Notes: generated by a model not told the origin, from the letters alone. A DNA stretch of 64,000 nt from Anaerolineales bacterium (GCA_029210945.1 JARGGH010000009.1:11991-75990); one strand, 5' to 3'. Shown: positions 9,395 to 19,373, counted from the first letter of the stretch. Made by a program: numbers and translations.

Positions 9395-9947
9395 TCCTCA
9401 TACGCACTGACCACCTCCCGCGGCCACGGCTGGCCGGGCGGCGCCCTGCCCCTGTAGACCCGCCTGCGGCTGCTCGAGGGGCGTTACCTGCCAGAGCTTC
9501 AATCCAGTCAGCGCCGTCTCCGGCCAGCAGGTATGCAGCCTGTCGATAGGGGATACGCGTGGCCAGAGCCACGGCCTGCCCGGTGATCCATCGGCTGGCG
9601 TGCTGTCGCGGCTGCAGATCCAGAGCCTGATCCATGGGATACAAGAAGCCTCCATGAGCATCCCGCATCTGCCAGCGGGAAAGCCGGATCCATCCGAAGC
9701 GGGTCAGCAGGTGCAGCCCCCGCAGCTAACTGCGACGCAATGTCTTCGGTGCGTCCAGCACCTGTGCTTCTACATGCTGACGGGCCTCGCGAAGAAGTTC
9801 TCTGCCTGCTTGTTGAAGCGCTCCGCCGATTTTGGCTTCAAGCTCTTCCAGGGTATCGCCTTCCTGGTCTATCCGGAACGACACCGGACAGGTGTACTTA
9901 CGGCGACCGTTGTTTCCCTGGACTGCAGGGCAGGCTACGGTGGTCAT
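9395..9947 (-). pseudogene. transposase remnant (ISKra4-like N-terminal region), interrupted and internally deleted
   Basis: MTTVACPAVQGNNGRRKYTCPVSFRID...DAPKTLRRS*, then LLTRFGWIRLSRWQMRDAHGGFLYPMDQALDLQP...IPYRQAAYLLAGDGADWI. The R-x-L-x-T-x-G-x-I-x-L-x-R ... P-x-D-x-x-L-x-L pattern and the DGA-WI block recall ISKra4-type transposases. There is an in-frame stop at 9726, a frame change, and most of the catalytic region is missing. Confidence 0.5.
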
Positions 9948-10281
9948 AGTAGGCTCGCCTTTCCTCTCCCCGGCAATTATGTGACGCATCCCGCCAAATG
10001 GCGCTTGTTCACCTTGAATTATATATCCTACAATTAGCATATCGCACTCGAATTGTCCGTAATCCATTCCCCGATTGGAAGGATTGCCTGTTTGATGTCG
10101 AGTTACTGGAAACAACTCAACTGCCCGAACTGCGGCGGCGCGCGGGCTTTGGGGGAGGCAGGGTTATGATGTCTGTCGAGGGTATTTCGTCAGATCTAAA
10201 CCAGTAACGCTGAAGGCATCAAACAGGTCTCTTGCAGATCTCTCTTGCGTGTAACATCACATCATTTTGGAGGAACTAAAC

Positions 10282-11502
10282 ATGAACGAACCGAAAGAGA
10301 CGATTTTAATTACAGGCACCAGCGGCAGGCTCGGCTACCCGCTGGCCCAGCGTTTGGCCGAATCGTATAACGTCGTCGGTTTTGACCGGCGCGCCCCATC
10401 CCATCCGCCGCCCAGCGCCGAATGCCTGTACGTGGACTTAACGCTCGATGAAAGCCTACGCCGCGGGCTGCAAGCCATCCGCGAACTGCACGGTAACCGC
10501 ATCGTTTCAGTGATTCATCTCGCCGCCTATTACGATTTTTCCGGCGCGCCGAGTCCGCTCTATGATGAAGTCACGGTGCGCGGCACCGAGCGTCTGCTGC
10601 GCATGCTGCAGGATTTTGAAGTCGAGCAGTTTATTTTTTCCAGCACCGACCTGGTATACGCACCCTCTGCGCCCGGACAGCGCATCAACGAAGATTCGCC
10701 GCTTCAGCCCAAGTGGCCCTATCCGGAGTCGAAGGTCAAGACCGAGCAGGTAATCCACGCTGAACGCGGCAAGATCCCTGCTGTCATCCTGCGCATTGCC
10801 GGCGTCTACAATGACCTGTGCGATTCCATTCCCTTGGCGCAACAGATACAGCGCATTTATGAGCACGACATCACTGCCTATCTCTTTCCCGGCGAGGTCT
10901 CCGCCGGTCGCCAGGCGTTCGTGCATAACGAAGACGTGCTGGATTCGATCATGCGTACGATCGCGCGTCGCAAGGATCTAACGCCCGAAGTAACGCTGCT
11001 GATCGGCGAGGCTGAGTCACCTAGTTATGATGAACTACAGCGCATGTTCGGACGTCTAATCCACGGCTCAGCATGGAAAACGTACGCTCTCCCCAAGTTA
11101 GTAGCCAAAGCGGGAGCGTGGGCGCAGGAGAAACTGCCCCTGAACCGACCGCCCTTTATAAAACCGTGGATGATCGACCTCGCCACCGACAATTTCGAAC
11201 TTGACATTACGCGTGCCCACACGATCCTGGGCTGGGAGCCCAAGCATTCGGTGCGCGATACACTGCCGAAAATGATACCGGCTCTCAAAGCTGATCCGCT
11301 TGCATGGTACCGTGAGAATGACATCAAGCCGCCGCTGTGGCTGCGCGAACTGGCACCTTCAGTCGATCAGGCGAAAGAGATTGAGCCTCATGAATTGATG
11401 CGGTTGGGCAAAGAGGTGCGGCGCGCAATCGCGATGCCCGGTCCAATGGTGATGCCCGGACCAGCGGAGCACATGAAAGGATCGGAACATGGCAAAGCAT
11501 GA
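10282..11502 (+). CDS. NAD-dependent epimerase/dehydratase (extended SDR) family protein
   Basis: ILITGTSGRLGYPLAQRL Rossmann motif and Y-P-E-S-K catalytic pair. Start moved to the ATG at 10282, behind GGAGG. Confidence 0.85.
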   Translation: MNEPKETILITGTSGRLGYPLAQRLAESYNVVGFDRRAPSHPPPSAECLYVDLTLDESLRRGLQAIRELHGNRIVSVIHLAAYYDFSGAPSPLYDEVTVRGTERLLRMLQDFEVEQFIFSSTDLVYAPSAPGQRINEDSPLQPKWPYPESKVKTEQVIHAERGKIPAVILRIAGVYNDLCDSIPLAQQIQRIYEHDITAYLFPGEVSAGRQAFVHNEDVLDSIMRTIARRKDLTPEVTLLIGEAESPSYDELQRMFGRLIHGSAWKTYALPKLVAKAGAWAQEKLPLNRPPFIKPWMIDLATDNFELDITRAHTILGWEPKHSVRDTLPKMIPALKADPLAWYRENDIKPPLWLRELAPSVDQAKEIEPHELMRLGKEVRRAIAMPGPMVMPGPAEHMKGSEHGKA

Positions 11503-13153
11503 TATGAAAAACATGGACAATTCGAATGCAGGCAAGAATGACTCAATGGCAATGAGTATGAGCGAGCCTGAACAAGGCAATGATGGCGTGCGTGCTATAG
11601 AGTTGCAACTCGAACAGATGCGCGCCCTGCAAAGACAGTTGGATCAGGCGTACCAACACGAAGTGGCCGCGCAGAAAGAAGAAGACTCCAGAGCGCGCGA
11701 GCTGATGGAGAGCGACCCGCGCGGGCATATCCAGATGATGAAAATGGAGCAAGAGCATCGTCAGTTGGCCCTCGAACTTCCACGCCTGCTGCTGCAACAC
11801 GAAGCGCAAGTTTACCAAGAATTGCAGAGTGCGCAGGCTACCGCCCAATCCAAAATGCCCGAGACCGGCAAGATGATGGGACAAATGCTGTCCATGGCAC
11901 GTTGGTCGCAGATTCCTCTGCTCGTGTTGGGCTTATGGCTGATCGTCAGCCCATTCTCACTTGGCTATCGCAGTGTGCCATTGATCTGGAGCGACCTGAT
12001 CAGCGGCATTCTAGTGACGGCGCTGGCGGTGATTGCCTTTCGCACGAAGCGTGTCTGGGCTGCCTGGGCGAATGCATTCGTGGGCTTATGGCTGGCTTTC
12101 GCCCCGATCGCCTTCTGGGCGCCGGATGCCGCCGCGTACGCAAACGATACTTGGGTGGGCATGCTCGTGATTACATTTGCCGTGCTGATCCCAATGATGA
12201 TGAAAATGCCGGGTCCCGAATTTCCACTCGGATGGTCGTACAACCCGTCAAGCTGGTTACAGCGCGCACCCATTCTGGCGCTTGCCCTCCTGAGTTTTTT
12301 CCTGGCGCGCTATATGACTGCATTCCAATTGGGTCATATCTCCTGGGTATGGGATCCGATTTTTGGCAATGGCACAGTTCTGGTTCTCGGTTCTGAACTC
12401 TCAAAATCATTTCCCATCTCAGATGCAGGCTTGGGCGCTTTCACGTATCTTGTCGAACTTCTGTCGGGTTTTATGGGCGACCCGCGCCGCTGGCGCACGA
12501 TGCCGTGGATGGTAGCCCTCTTTGGCTTTATGGTGGTGCCGCTCGGCATCGTCAGTGTCGTGTTGATTATGTTGCAGCCGGTCGTCGTTGGTTCGTGGTG
12601 CACGGCGTGTCTGCTCTCCGCGCTGTTTATGCTGATTATGGTCGCGCTCTCGCTCGACGAAGTGATTGCCATGCTTCAGTTCCTGGTGCAGACTCGCCGC
12701 GCGGGCAAATCGGTTTGGCGCGCATTCTGGCTCGGCGGCGACGCTCTGGGAGACAACCTGACACCGCGCCGCCCCGGGACAGAACGTCCAAGCCAAATGT
12801 TCTGGGGGGTGACGCTTCCGTGGAATCTGCTCGTAACCGCAGTGCTGGGCGCGTGGCTGATGATTGCGCCCTCCGTCTTTCAAACCCAGGGACAGGCGGC
12901 AGACAGCGATCACATCCTCGGCGCTTTGGTCGTCACGGTCGCCATCGTCGCCTTTGCGGAAGTGACCCGTGCTGCCCGTTTTATCAATATCGCGCTGGCG
13001 CTCGGTATTATCGTGCTGCCTTGGGTATTCGGTGGAGCGACGCTCGCATCAAGCATCAACGATGTGATCACTGGTGTGCTGATCATCGCTTTGAGCATCC
13101 CGCCGGGCAAGATCAGGAACACGTACGAGAGTTGGAATCCGCTGATCGTGTAG
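11489..13153 (+). CDS. VKOR-like membrane protein flanked by SPW-repeat-like membrane segments, with a Met-rich coiled N-terminus
   Basis: Central 4-helix block ending in VVGSWCTACLLSALFML (CXXC in a TM helix, preceded by SKSFPISDAGLGAFTYL), as in the vitamin K epoxide reductase family. LIVSPF and LMIAPSVF segments on both sides resemble SPW repeats. The only two Cys in the protein are the CTAC pair. It overlaps the upstream SDR gene by 14 nt. Confidence 0.7.
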   Translation: MAKHDMKNMDNSNAGKNDSMAMSMSEPEQGNDGVRAIELQLEQMRALQRQLDQAYQHEVAAQKEEDSRARELMESDPRGHIQMMKMEQEHRQLALELPRLLLQHEAQVYQELQSAQATAQSKMPETGKMMGQMLSMARWSQIPLLVLGLWLIVSPFSLGYRSVPLIWSDLISGILVTALAVIAFRTKRVWAAWANAFVGLWLAFAPIAFWAPDAAAYANDTWVGMLVITFAVLIPMMMKMPGPEFPLGWSYNPSSWLQRAPILALALLSFFLARYMTAFQLGHISWVWDPIFGNGTVLVLGSELSKSFPISDAGLGAFTYLVELLSGFMGDPRRWRTMPWMVALFGFMVVPLGIVSVVLIMLQPVVVGSWCTACLLSALFMLIMVALSLDEVIAMLQFLVQTRRAGKSVWRAFWLGGDALGDNLTPRRPGTERPSQMFWGVTLPWNLLVTAVLGAWLMIAPSVFQTQGQAADSDHILGALVVTVAIVAFAEVTRAARFINIALALGIIVLPWVFGGATLASSINDVITGVLIIALSIPPGKIRNTYESWNPLIV

Positions 13154-13207
13154 ATGTTTGAATGGGCGCTCGCCGCTCTATCGAAACCAAGCCAAAAGGA
13201 GTTACCC

Positions 13208-13603
13208 ATGCTAGAACAACACGTTGTTCCCGTTCGCGTCGAGGAGCGCCTGGATGCACTCCCCCCAGAAATCCACGACATGCCGGTGAATCTCTACCAC
13301 ACCGACGATTATCTGGTCATCAATGCCGGCCTGCCCCGCTGCCTGCCGGATCGAGTCCACGTCTCCGTGGCTCCTGGCAAGATGCTGATCCGGGCCGAAC
13401 GCCATCCGGGCGAACCCGTCCGCGAGGAGCGCACCTACATTCTTTCGGAACTTCCGGAAGGTGCTGTTGGCCGCGTGCTTGACCTGCCGCAAGGGGAGTG
13501 GGCGTACGACGACGCCGAGGCCCACTTCGCCAATGGCCTGCTCACCGTCTCCATTCCCACACAGACGCGTGCCGAATATCTGCGTCAGATGAACGCGGCA
13601 TAA
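13208..13603 (+). CDS. Hsp20/alpha-crystallin family small heat-shock protein
   Basis: DDYLVINAGLPRCLPDRVHVSV...AEAHFANGLLTVSIP. ATG at 13208 preceded by AAAGGAG. Confidence 0.85.
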   Translation: MLEQHVVPVRVEERLDALPPEIHDMPVNLYHTDDYLVINAGLPRCLPDRVHVSVAPGKMLIRAERHPGEPVREERTYILSELPEGAVGRVLDLPQGEWAYDDAEAHFANGLLTVSIPTQTRAEYLRQMNAA

Positions 13604-13626
13604 GCAGCAAGGAGAAGTGCAGGCCA

Positions 13627-13836
13627 ATGTCTGCCACGAACATCTGGACACAAGGGAACCGCGGACACGGTGCGGAAATGTATATTAAGGCACTGGAGAT
13701 CCCCCTCAAGCAGATCGTGACCGTCGGAGACATGCCGAGCGATGAGCTGATGTTCCGGAAAAGCGGCGTCAGCATCGCGATATGGAACGCTAGAAACCCG
13801 GCCGAAAAGTTCACGTTAATTGGCAGCGCATGCTAA
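13627..13836 (+). pseudogene. C-terminal fragment of a HAD (Cof-type) phosphatase
   Basis: KALEIPLKQIVTVGDMPSDELMFRKSGVSIAIWNARNPAEK corresponds to the GD-x-x-ND-x-x-M ... G-x-AM-x-NA end of HAD-IIB enzymes. The whole N-terminal core is missing. Confidence 0.45.
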
Positions 13837-13867
13837 GCCCCTCTCTATGTAGCTGGAGGAGGCCGAG

Positions 13868-14045
13868 ATGCTTGGAAAGCGCTCTCCGCAGCGGGGTATG
13901 TTCGAAGCGGATCATATGTACCTGGATTTTGTGGGCTCGCATACCATCTATCTATGGTTTTTTTGCCCGCCACCGGCATGAGCTCTTCAAGGACGAGGAC
14001 TTCGCCATGCTGTATTGCCCGGACAACGGGCGCGACAGCGGCTAG
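13868..14045 (+). mobile_element. N-terminal fragment of an IS5/IS1182-type (DUF772) transposase, frameshifted and truncated
   Basis: MLGKRSPQRGMFEADHMYLDFVGSHTIY, then in another frame YGFFARHRHELFKDEDFAMLYCPDNGRDS. This reproduces the remembered N-terminus of this transposase group. It ends abruptly at 14045. Confidence 0.55.
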
Positions 14046-14054
14046 CTTGCGCTC

Positions 14055-14537
14055 ATGTCGGGTATCGCTGGTGGAGCTGAAGCAGTTGTCATCCCCGAAG
14101 CCGAGGTTAACTTGGAGAAACTGGCCGAGGATGTGCGCACAGCCTATGAGCGAGGGAAAGCACATGCCATCATTGTCGTTGCTGAAGGCGTGTCATCGCA
14201 TGAAAAGGATACCCATGGCGGCAGCAACAATTCTCTCGCTCGAGGCGCGGAAGGCATCGCACGCCACTTCCGAGAGCATCATGAAAGGCTGGGATTCGAT
14301 CTGCGTGTCACAACCCTGGGTCGTGTGCAGCGCGGCGGTGCCCCTGGAGCCTTCGATCGACTGCTTGCGACACGGTTAGGCGCCGCGGCTACAGAGCATT
14401 TTGCGCGCGGAGAGCAAGGCGTACTAATGGGACTCCTGGGCGGAGAAATCGTAGCAACGCCGCTAGCCGAAGTCATCAAACATCAAAAAGAGCCGGATTT
14501 GCAGGGACTAGAACTGGCGCACGCACTATCACTATAG
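14055..14537 (+). pseudogene. pfkA: 6-phosphofructokinase, C-terminal half only
   Basis: GIAGGAEAVVIPE...RGKAHAIIVVAEG...RVTTLGRVQRGGAPGAFDRLLATRLG aligns with roughly the last 160 residues of PfkA. The N-terminal ATP-binding half is absent, and the break abuts the IS fragment. Confidence 0.75.
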
Positions 14538-14608
14538 GTTGTAAGTAATGCTTGAAGGTCGATAAAACCACCGGAATGAATGTTGGAAGCAATAAGAGGA
14601 GGTAGATC

Positions 14609-15685
14609 ATGACAGAAGATAAAGTCAAGGTAAAGGTAGCAGTCAACGGTTACGGAGTTATCGGAAAACGAGTGGCCGACGCGGTCCGGCTCCAGCCGGA
14701 CATGGAGCTTGTCGGCGTCGGCGACGTCGTCAGCGACTACAGGGTGAAGACGGCCGTCGAGCTGGGCATCCCGGTCTACGCCTCGCTTTCCGAGAAGGCA
14801 GGCGAGATGGAGGAGGCCGGCATCCCCCTCCAGGGGGACTTGAACGATTTGCTCGCTCAGGCAGACATCGTTGTGGACTGCACGCCGAAAGGAATTGGTG
14901 CTAAAAACCTCGATCTCTACAAAGACCTCGGCATCAAGGTTGTGTACCAGGGCGGGGAGAAGCACAGCTTGACGGGTCACTCGTTCGTCGCGCAGGCCAA
15001 CTATGAAAGCGCGCTGGGCAGGGCCTCCACGCGCATAGTTTCGTGCAACACGACGAGCACTGTGCGGACACTGCTCGCGCTGCGTCAGGCCGGTCTGCTC
15101 AAGAAGGCACGCGGGGTGCTCATAAGACGGGCCACGGATCCCTGGGAATCGGACCACGGCGGCATTATGAACACCGTCGTGCCCGAGCCACACATCCCCA
15201 GCCATCAAGGACCGGATGCGAAGACGGTTGTGCCCGATCTTGATGTGGTCACGATCGCAGCGAAGGCTGCACACACGCAGACCCACAACCACTACTGGAT
15301 TGTCGAGCTATCACGCGAAGCCAGCCGGGAAGAGGCGCTGGAGGCTTTCCGGGCTGCCCCCAGGATCGCGTTCATCCGTATACAGGACGGGATCGTCGCG
15401 CTCAACAGCACCATCGAGTTGATGAAAGATCTCGGGCGGCCGCGCGGCGATATGTGGGAGGTCGCCCTCTGGGAAGATATCTTGAAAGTCAATGGCAACG
15501 AGCTCTATTACACCTACCAGGTTTACAACGAGGCGATCGTCGTGCCCGAGAACATCGATGCCATCCGTGCTTTAGCGGGCACTGTCGAGATAGGTGAAAT
15601 CTCAATTCGAATGACGGATGAAGCGCTGGGCATGCGACAAGATTTCCTGTCGCGAGCGACGATCAGTGATTCAGCGAAGGGATAG
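14609..15685 (+). CDS. gap: type II (archaeal-type) glyceraldehyde-3-phosphate dehydrogenase
   Basis: KVAVNGYGVIGKRVADAV, DIVVDCTPKGIGAKN, YQGGEK, active-site SCNTT, IPSHQGPD. This pattern belongs to the archaeal phosphorylating GAPDH family, not bacterial GapA. Confidence 0.85.
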   Translation: MTEDKVKVKVAVNGYGVIGKRVADAVRLQPDMELVGVGDVVSDYRVKTAVELGIPVYASLSEKAGEMEEAGIPLQGDLNDLLAQADIVVDCTPKGIGAKNLDLYKDLGIKVVYQGGEKHSLTGHSFVAQANYESALGRASTRIVSCNTTSTVRTLLALRQAGLLKKARGVLIRRATDPWESDHGGIMNTVVPEPHIPSHQGPDAKTVVPDLDVVTIAAKAAHTQTHNHYWIVELSREASREEALEAFRAAPRIAFIRIQDGIVALNSTIELMKDLGRPRGDMWEVALWEDILKVNGNELYYTYQVYNEAIVVPENIDAIRALAGTVEIGEISIRMTDEALGMRQDFLSRATISDSAKG

Positions 15686-15689
15686 GTCA

Positions 15690-16131
15690 ATGCAAGAGAA
15701 AGTATCTAATCAGAAATCGATGGGGCCGGGTGAAGCCGCCGATCACCATGAAATGGAGCACGGCCCGAGTGTAGAGGACTACGAACCGCTCGTCGGAGCT
15801 GAAATGGTGGAGCGCAGCACCTTCGAAATCACCATATGGTGAACGTCAGTTCAACATATTATGGCGGAGGTGTCGCTGAACTGCTCTCCTCAGAGACGCT
15901 GCTCTTTAACAGCCTCGGCATCAAAACCGGCTGGCGCATCATCCAGGGGGCATTGTCCAGGAAGCCGCCGATCGCATCGTCAAACTGCTTAAGGATGAGG
16001 CTCTCCGCCGTTCGGCGGGTTCTAGAGCCCATGAGCGGGTGAAGGAGCGTTCTCTCATGATCCGAGCGATTGAGGAGCACCTCAATATATGCTCCGGCTT
16101 TAACACAATCTATCGGTTTGAAGGATCATGA
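15690..16131 (+). pseudogene. remnant of a GT4 glycosyltransferase (trehalose-synthase-like) with a large internal deletion
   Basis: N-terminal piece ...VEDYEPLVGAEMVE...; next frame VNVSSTYYGGGVAELL...LGIKTGWRIIQG; then directly, in a third frame, EAADRIVKLLKDEALRRSAGSRAHERVKERSLMIRAIEEHL, a typical GT4 C-terminus. The catalytic middle is absent. Confidence 0.5.
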
Positions 16132-16229
16132 ATCCGGGATTGTGAAACACGCGATGTCGCCAGCCCATCGAGCCGCAAGTATGTGCCAGACTGGGGGTTA
16201 AGCCAGCATGCACTATGCTTGTTGCACGA

Positions 16230-16760
16230 TTATCGGCTCTTCGCGAAGGGTTCCTCGGCATGGAACCTGATTAGCCCAGTTGCAGCCATAGTACCGGCGA
16301 TCACCACAAAGAGCATAAGTCCCCAGAAGCTGGTGTAGAGCCAGCGACCAAAACGGCTTGTGGGGATGTAGTAGTCCCGCGGTGAGCTAGCTGCCACATA
16401 AGACTCCGACGCAATCTCCCAGAGAGCATGGTTGGCCAGTAGCCCGGCCAGCACGCGCGGCCAGCGCTGACTGGACGATTCCCTTCGCCCGATGTGCAGC
16501 ATGAGAGCCAGATGGATCAGCGGTATAAGCAGCACCTGAAGGTGAGCGAATTCATGTTGCTCGGTCAGCCTTAGCCTCGCTTCCACCGGCATCTCCCAGC
16601 GCGAGATGAAGTTCACCAATCCTGGATGAGGGAGTGGAACGCCAGCAACTGTCACGCGATGCCAGTTCTCGCTGGACACCTCAATCTCAACCGGCACCCC
16701 ACACCACGTACGTTTAGTAAGCCTGGTTATCTTGGCCTTTTCCTTTTCACTGGCTGTCAT
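16230..16760 (-). CDS. hypothetical membrane protein with an HExxH motif (HEFAH)
   Basis: LTEQHEFAHLQVLLIPLIHLALML followed by further hydrophobic helices. It has the shape of a membrane-embedded zincin-like protein. The family is not recognised with certainty. Confidence 0.5.
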   Translation of the reverse strand: MTASEKEKAKITRLTKRTWCGVPVEIEVSSENWHRVTVAGVPLPHPGLVNFISRWEMPVEARLRLTEQHEFAHLQVLLIPLIHLALMLHIGRRESSSQRWPRVLAGLLANHALWEIASESYVAASSPRDYYIPTSRFGRWLYTSFWGLMLFVVIAGTMAATGLIRFHAEEPFAKSR

Positions 16761-17245
16761 CGGAATGCATCTCCCTCTGCAATACCCGCTTGCTGATCAT
16801 CTCCTTTATCTCATATCCTACCTTATTCCCTATGCATGATTACATGCACTTAGTTCAGTAACAGATGCGCCCTTTCCCGGGACGCAGTCCAATGCCACGA
16901 GCAGATAACTGAGTGGCCGGCATCGCGGCATACTTCACTCGTTTCACAGACCAGCGTGGGTGCAGGGAATCGTCTGTCGGCTTCCAAGACCAGTCGGTGT
17001 GCGGAGAACGGCCCATGCTCTGTTGGCATCCGGAATTGTGGATTATGCCCAGTCCATACTGAGCCAAACAGCTTATGGAGAGGTTGTGCGAGCAGATACA
17101 ATCTAATATTGACGACAATGAGTCTTTTGTATGGACAATATGCCCGAAAGGTCGCCTGCGTTCATAAGGCACCCACCCGTGGCAATGTGCTATGCTCTAG
17201 CTGTATCGGGTTATGGAAATCAGCTGTTAGGTGGAAGGAGTGAAG

Positions 17246-19345
17246 ATGGCTGCAACACACGATCATAACGAGCATATTCATGAGGATATGCCCGAAACGT
17301 CGCAACACGAAGCGACGCATGACCATTCGATGCATGAGGGGAACGAGCAACACGGCGATGGTCACGCTGCGCATGTAGACCACACCGGTCACGAGCAAAT
17401 GTTCCGCAGGCGGTTTTGGATCAGCACATTAATATCGATCCCGGTCCTCTTGTTCAGCCCGTTCGTCCAGGAGACACTCGGGTTCACAATGCCGACCTTT
17501 CCAGGGAGCGAGTGGATCACGCCGGTCTTTGCGATCGTCATCTTCTTCTACGGAGGTTTGCCGTTCCTGCAAATGGCTGTGCCGGAGGTGAAAGAGCGTC
17601 GACCCGGGATGATGATGCTGATCTCCCTGGCCATCAGTGTGGCTTTTGTCTACAGTGTCGCAGCACTTTTCCTCCCGACAAGCGCTACCTTCTTTTGGGA
17701 GCTGGTCACGTTGATCGACATCATGCTTCTCGGTCACTGGCTGGAGATGCGCAGCGTGCGCCAGGCTTCTGGTGCGCTCGACGAGCTGGCAAAGCTCATG
17801 CCAGACACCGCGGAGCGGATCGGCTCGGACGGGGGAGTGGAGGAAGTCAAGACGGCCGATCTCGTGACGGGAGATCTCCTCCTGGTACGGCCCGGCGCTA
17901 GCATCCCAGCCGATGGCACAGTTGAAGAGGGCAACTCTGATGTAAACGAAGCCATGATCACCGGCGAATCCAAACCCGTATCCAAAGACCCGGGGGATCA
18001 AGTCATTGGTGGTTCCATCAACGGCGATGGTAGTTTGCGCGTCCGAGTACAGGCAACCGGGGATGAGACCGCGCTGGCTGGAATTATGCGCCTGGTGGAG
18101 GAAGCGCAGCAAAGCAAATCCAGCACACAGATCCTGGCGGATAAGGCCGCCGGATGGCTTTTCTATATCGCCATCGGGGTCGCGGTTCTCACCGCCATCG
18201 CGTGGACGATTGCCGTGGGCTTCGAAGTGGAGGTCATCGCCCGCGTGGCGACCGTGCTGGTGATCGCTTGCCCGCACGCCCTTGGCTTAGCTGTGCCGCT
18301 CGTTGTTGCCATCACGACCGCGATGGGGGCGAATAACGGCATCCTTGTCCGCGACCGTCTCGCGCTCGAAGATGCACGTAAGATTGACACTGTGATCTTC
18401 GACAAGACCGGTACGCTCACGAAGGGTGAATTTGGTGTCGTCGACATCACCACCGCGGATGCGCTCCCAGAAGACGAGGCGCTCGCGCTGGCCGCGGCGA
18501 TCGAGGGCGATTCGGAGCACACCATCGCCAGAGGGATCAGGATCTCCGCTGAGGAGCGCGGGCTTTCGCTGCCCAAGGTGTCTGATTTCGAGGCGCTCAA
18601 AGGGCGAGGCGTTCAAGCCAGCGTCGATGGACGCACCGTCTATATCGGTGGACCGAGACTGCTCGAGATGCTGGGGCTTACTCTGAAGGACGAACTGGAA
18701 GATTTCGTAGAGGGCGTTAACATCAAAGGTCAGAGCGTGGTGCATCTTGTTCGAGAAGACACGGTGCTTGCGAGCTTCGCTCTTGCCGATGTCATCCGCC
18801 CCGAGAGCAAGAAAGCTATCGATCGGCTCCACGAGATGGGCATCGAGGTCGCGATGCTCACCGGTGACAGCGAGGCCGTCGCTAAAACTGTGGCGGACGA
18901 ACTGGGCATCGATCAGTACTTCGCCGAGGTGCTCCCTGAACACAAGGATCAGAAAGTCTCCGCCCTCCAGAGCCAGGGACGTAAAGTGGCCATGGTCGGC
19001 GATGGCGTCAACGACGCCCCCGCGCTGACACGCGCGGATGTCGGGATTGCCATTGGCAGCGGGACGGATGTGGCGATCGAGTCGGCCGGCATCATCCTAG
19101 TGAGGAGCAATCCGCTCGATGTAGTCAAGATCTTCTCGCTGAGCAGGGCAAGCTACCGCAAGATGATCCAGAACTTGATCTGGGCCACCGGCTACAACGT
19201 CGTAGCGCTCCCGCTCGCTGCAGGCGTGCTCGCCCCCATAGGCATCCTGCTCTCCCCGGCGGTAGGCGCGCTGTTCATGTCGCTTAGTACGATCATCGTG
19301 GCAATCAACGCGCAGTTGATGCGCAGGCAGGATATCGCTGCCTGA
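17246..19345 (+). CDS. copB: CopB-type (P1B-3-like) heavy-metal P-type ATPase with His-rich N-terminus
   Basis: N-terminus: [48 protein letters not shown] motif [12 protein letters not shown] (CPH instead of CPC). DKTGTLT and [11 protein letters not shown] at 17246 after GGAAGGAG. Confidence 0.92.
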   Translation: MAATHDHNEHIHEDMPETSQHEATHDHSMHEGNEQHGDGHAAHVDHTGHEQMFRRRFWISTLISIPVLLFSPFVQETLGFTMPTFPGSEWITPVFAIVIFFYGGLPFLQMAVPEVKERRPGMMMLISLAISVAFVYSVAALFLPTSATFFWELVTLIDIMLLGHWLEMRSVRQASGALDELAKLMPDTAERIGSDGGVEEVKTADLVTGDLLLVRPGASIPADGTVEEGNSDVNEAMITGESKPVSKDPGDQVIGGSINGDGSLRVRVQATGDETALAGIMRLVEEAQQSKSSTQILADKAAGWLFYIAIGVAVLTAIAWTIAVGFEVEVIARVATVLVIACPHALGLAVPLVVAITTAMGANNGILVRDRLALEDARKIDTVIFDKTGTLTKGEFGVVDITTADALPEDEALALAAAIEGDSEHTIARGIRISAEERGLSLPKVSDFEALKGRGVQASVDGRTVYIGGPRLLEMLGLTLKDELEDFVEGVNIKGQSVVHLVREDTVLASFALADVIRPESKKAIDRLHEMGIEVAMLTGDSEAVAKTVADELGIDQYFAEVLPEHKDQKVSALQSQGRKVAMVGDGVNDAPALTRADVGIAIGSGTDVAIESAGIILVRSNPLDVVKIFSLSRASYRKMIQNLIWATGYNVVALPLAAGVLAPIGILLSPAVGALFMSLSTIIVAINAQLMRRQDIAA

Positions 19346-19373
19346 GCTGTCACGCGCATAGGTAGATTTAGGT

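Noticed and set aside
16850-17172. Minus-strand ORFs 16850..17101 and 16855..17172 upstream of copB as possible IS or regulator genes.
   Set aside because: They are two mutually overlapping frames with His/Arg/Ser-rich translations and no motifs or RBS. They are probably noncoding or long-decayed sequence.
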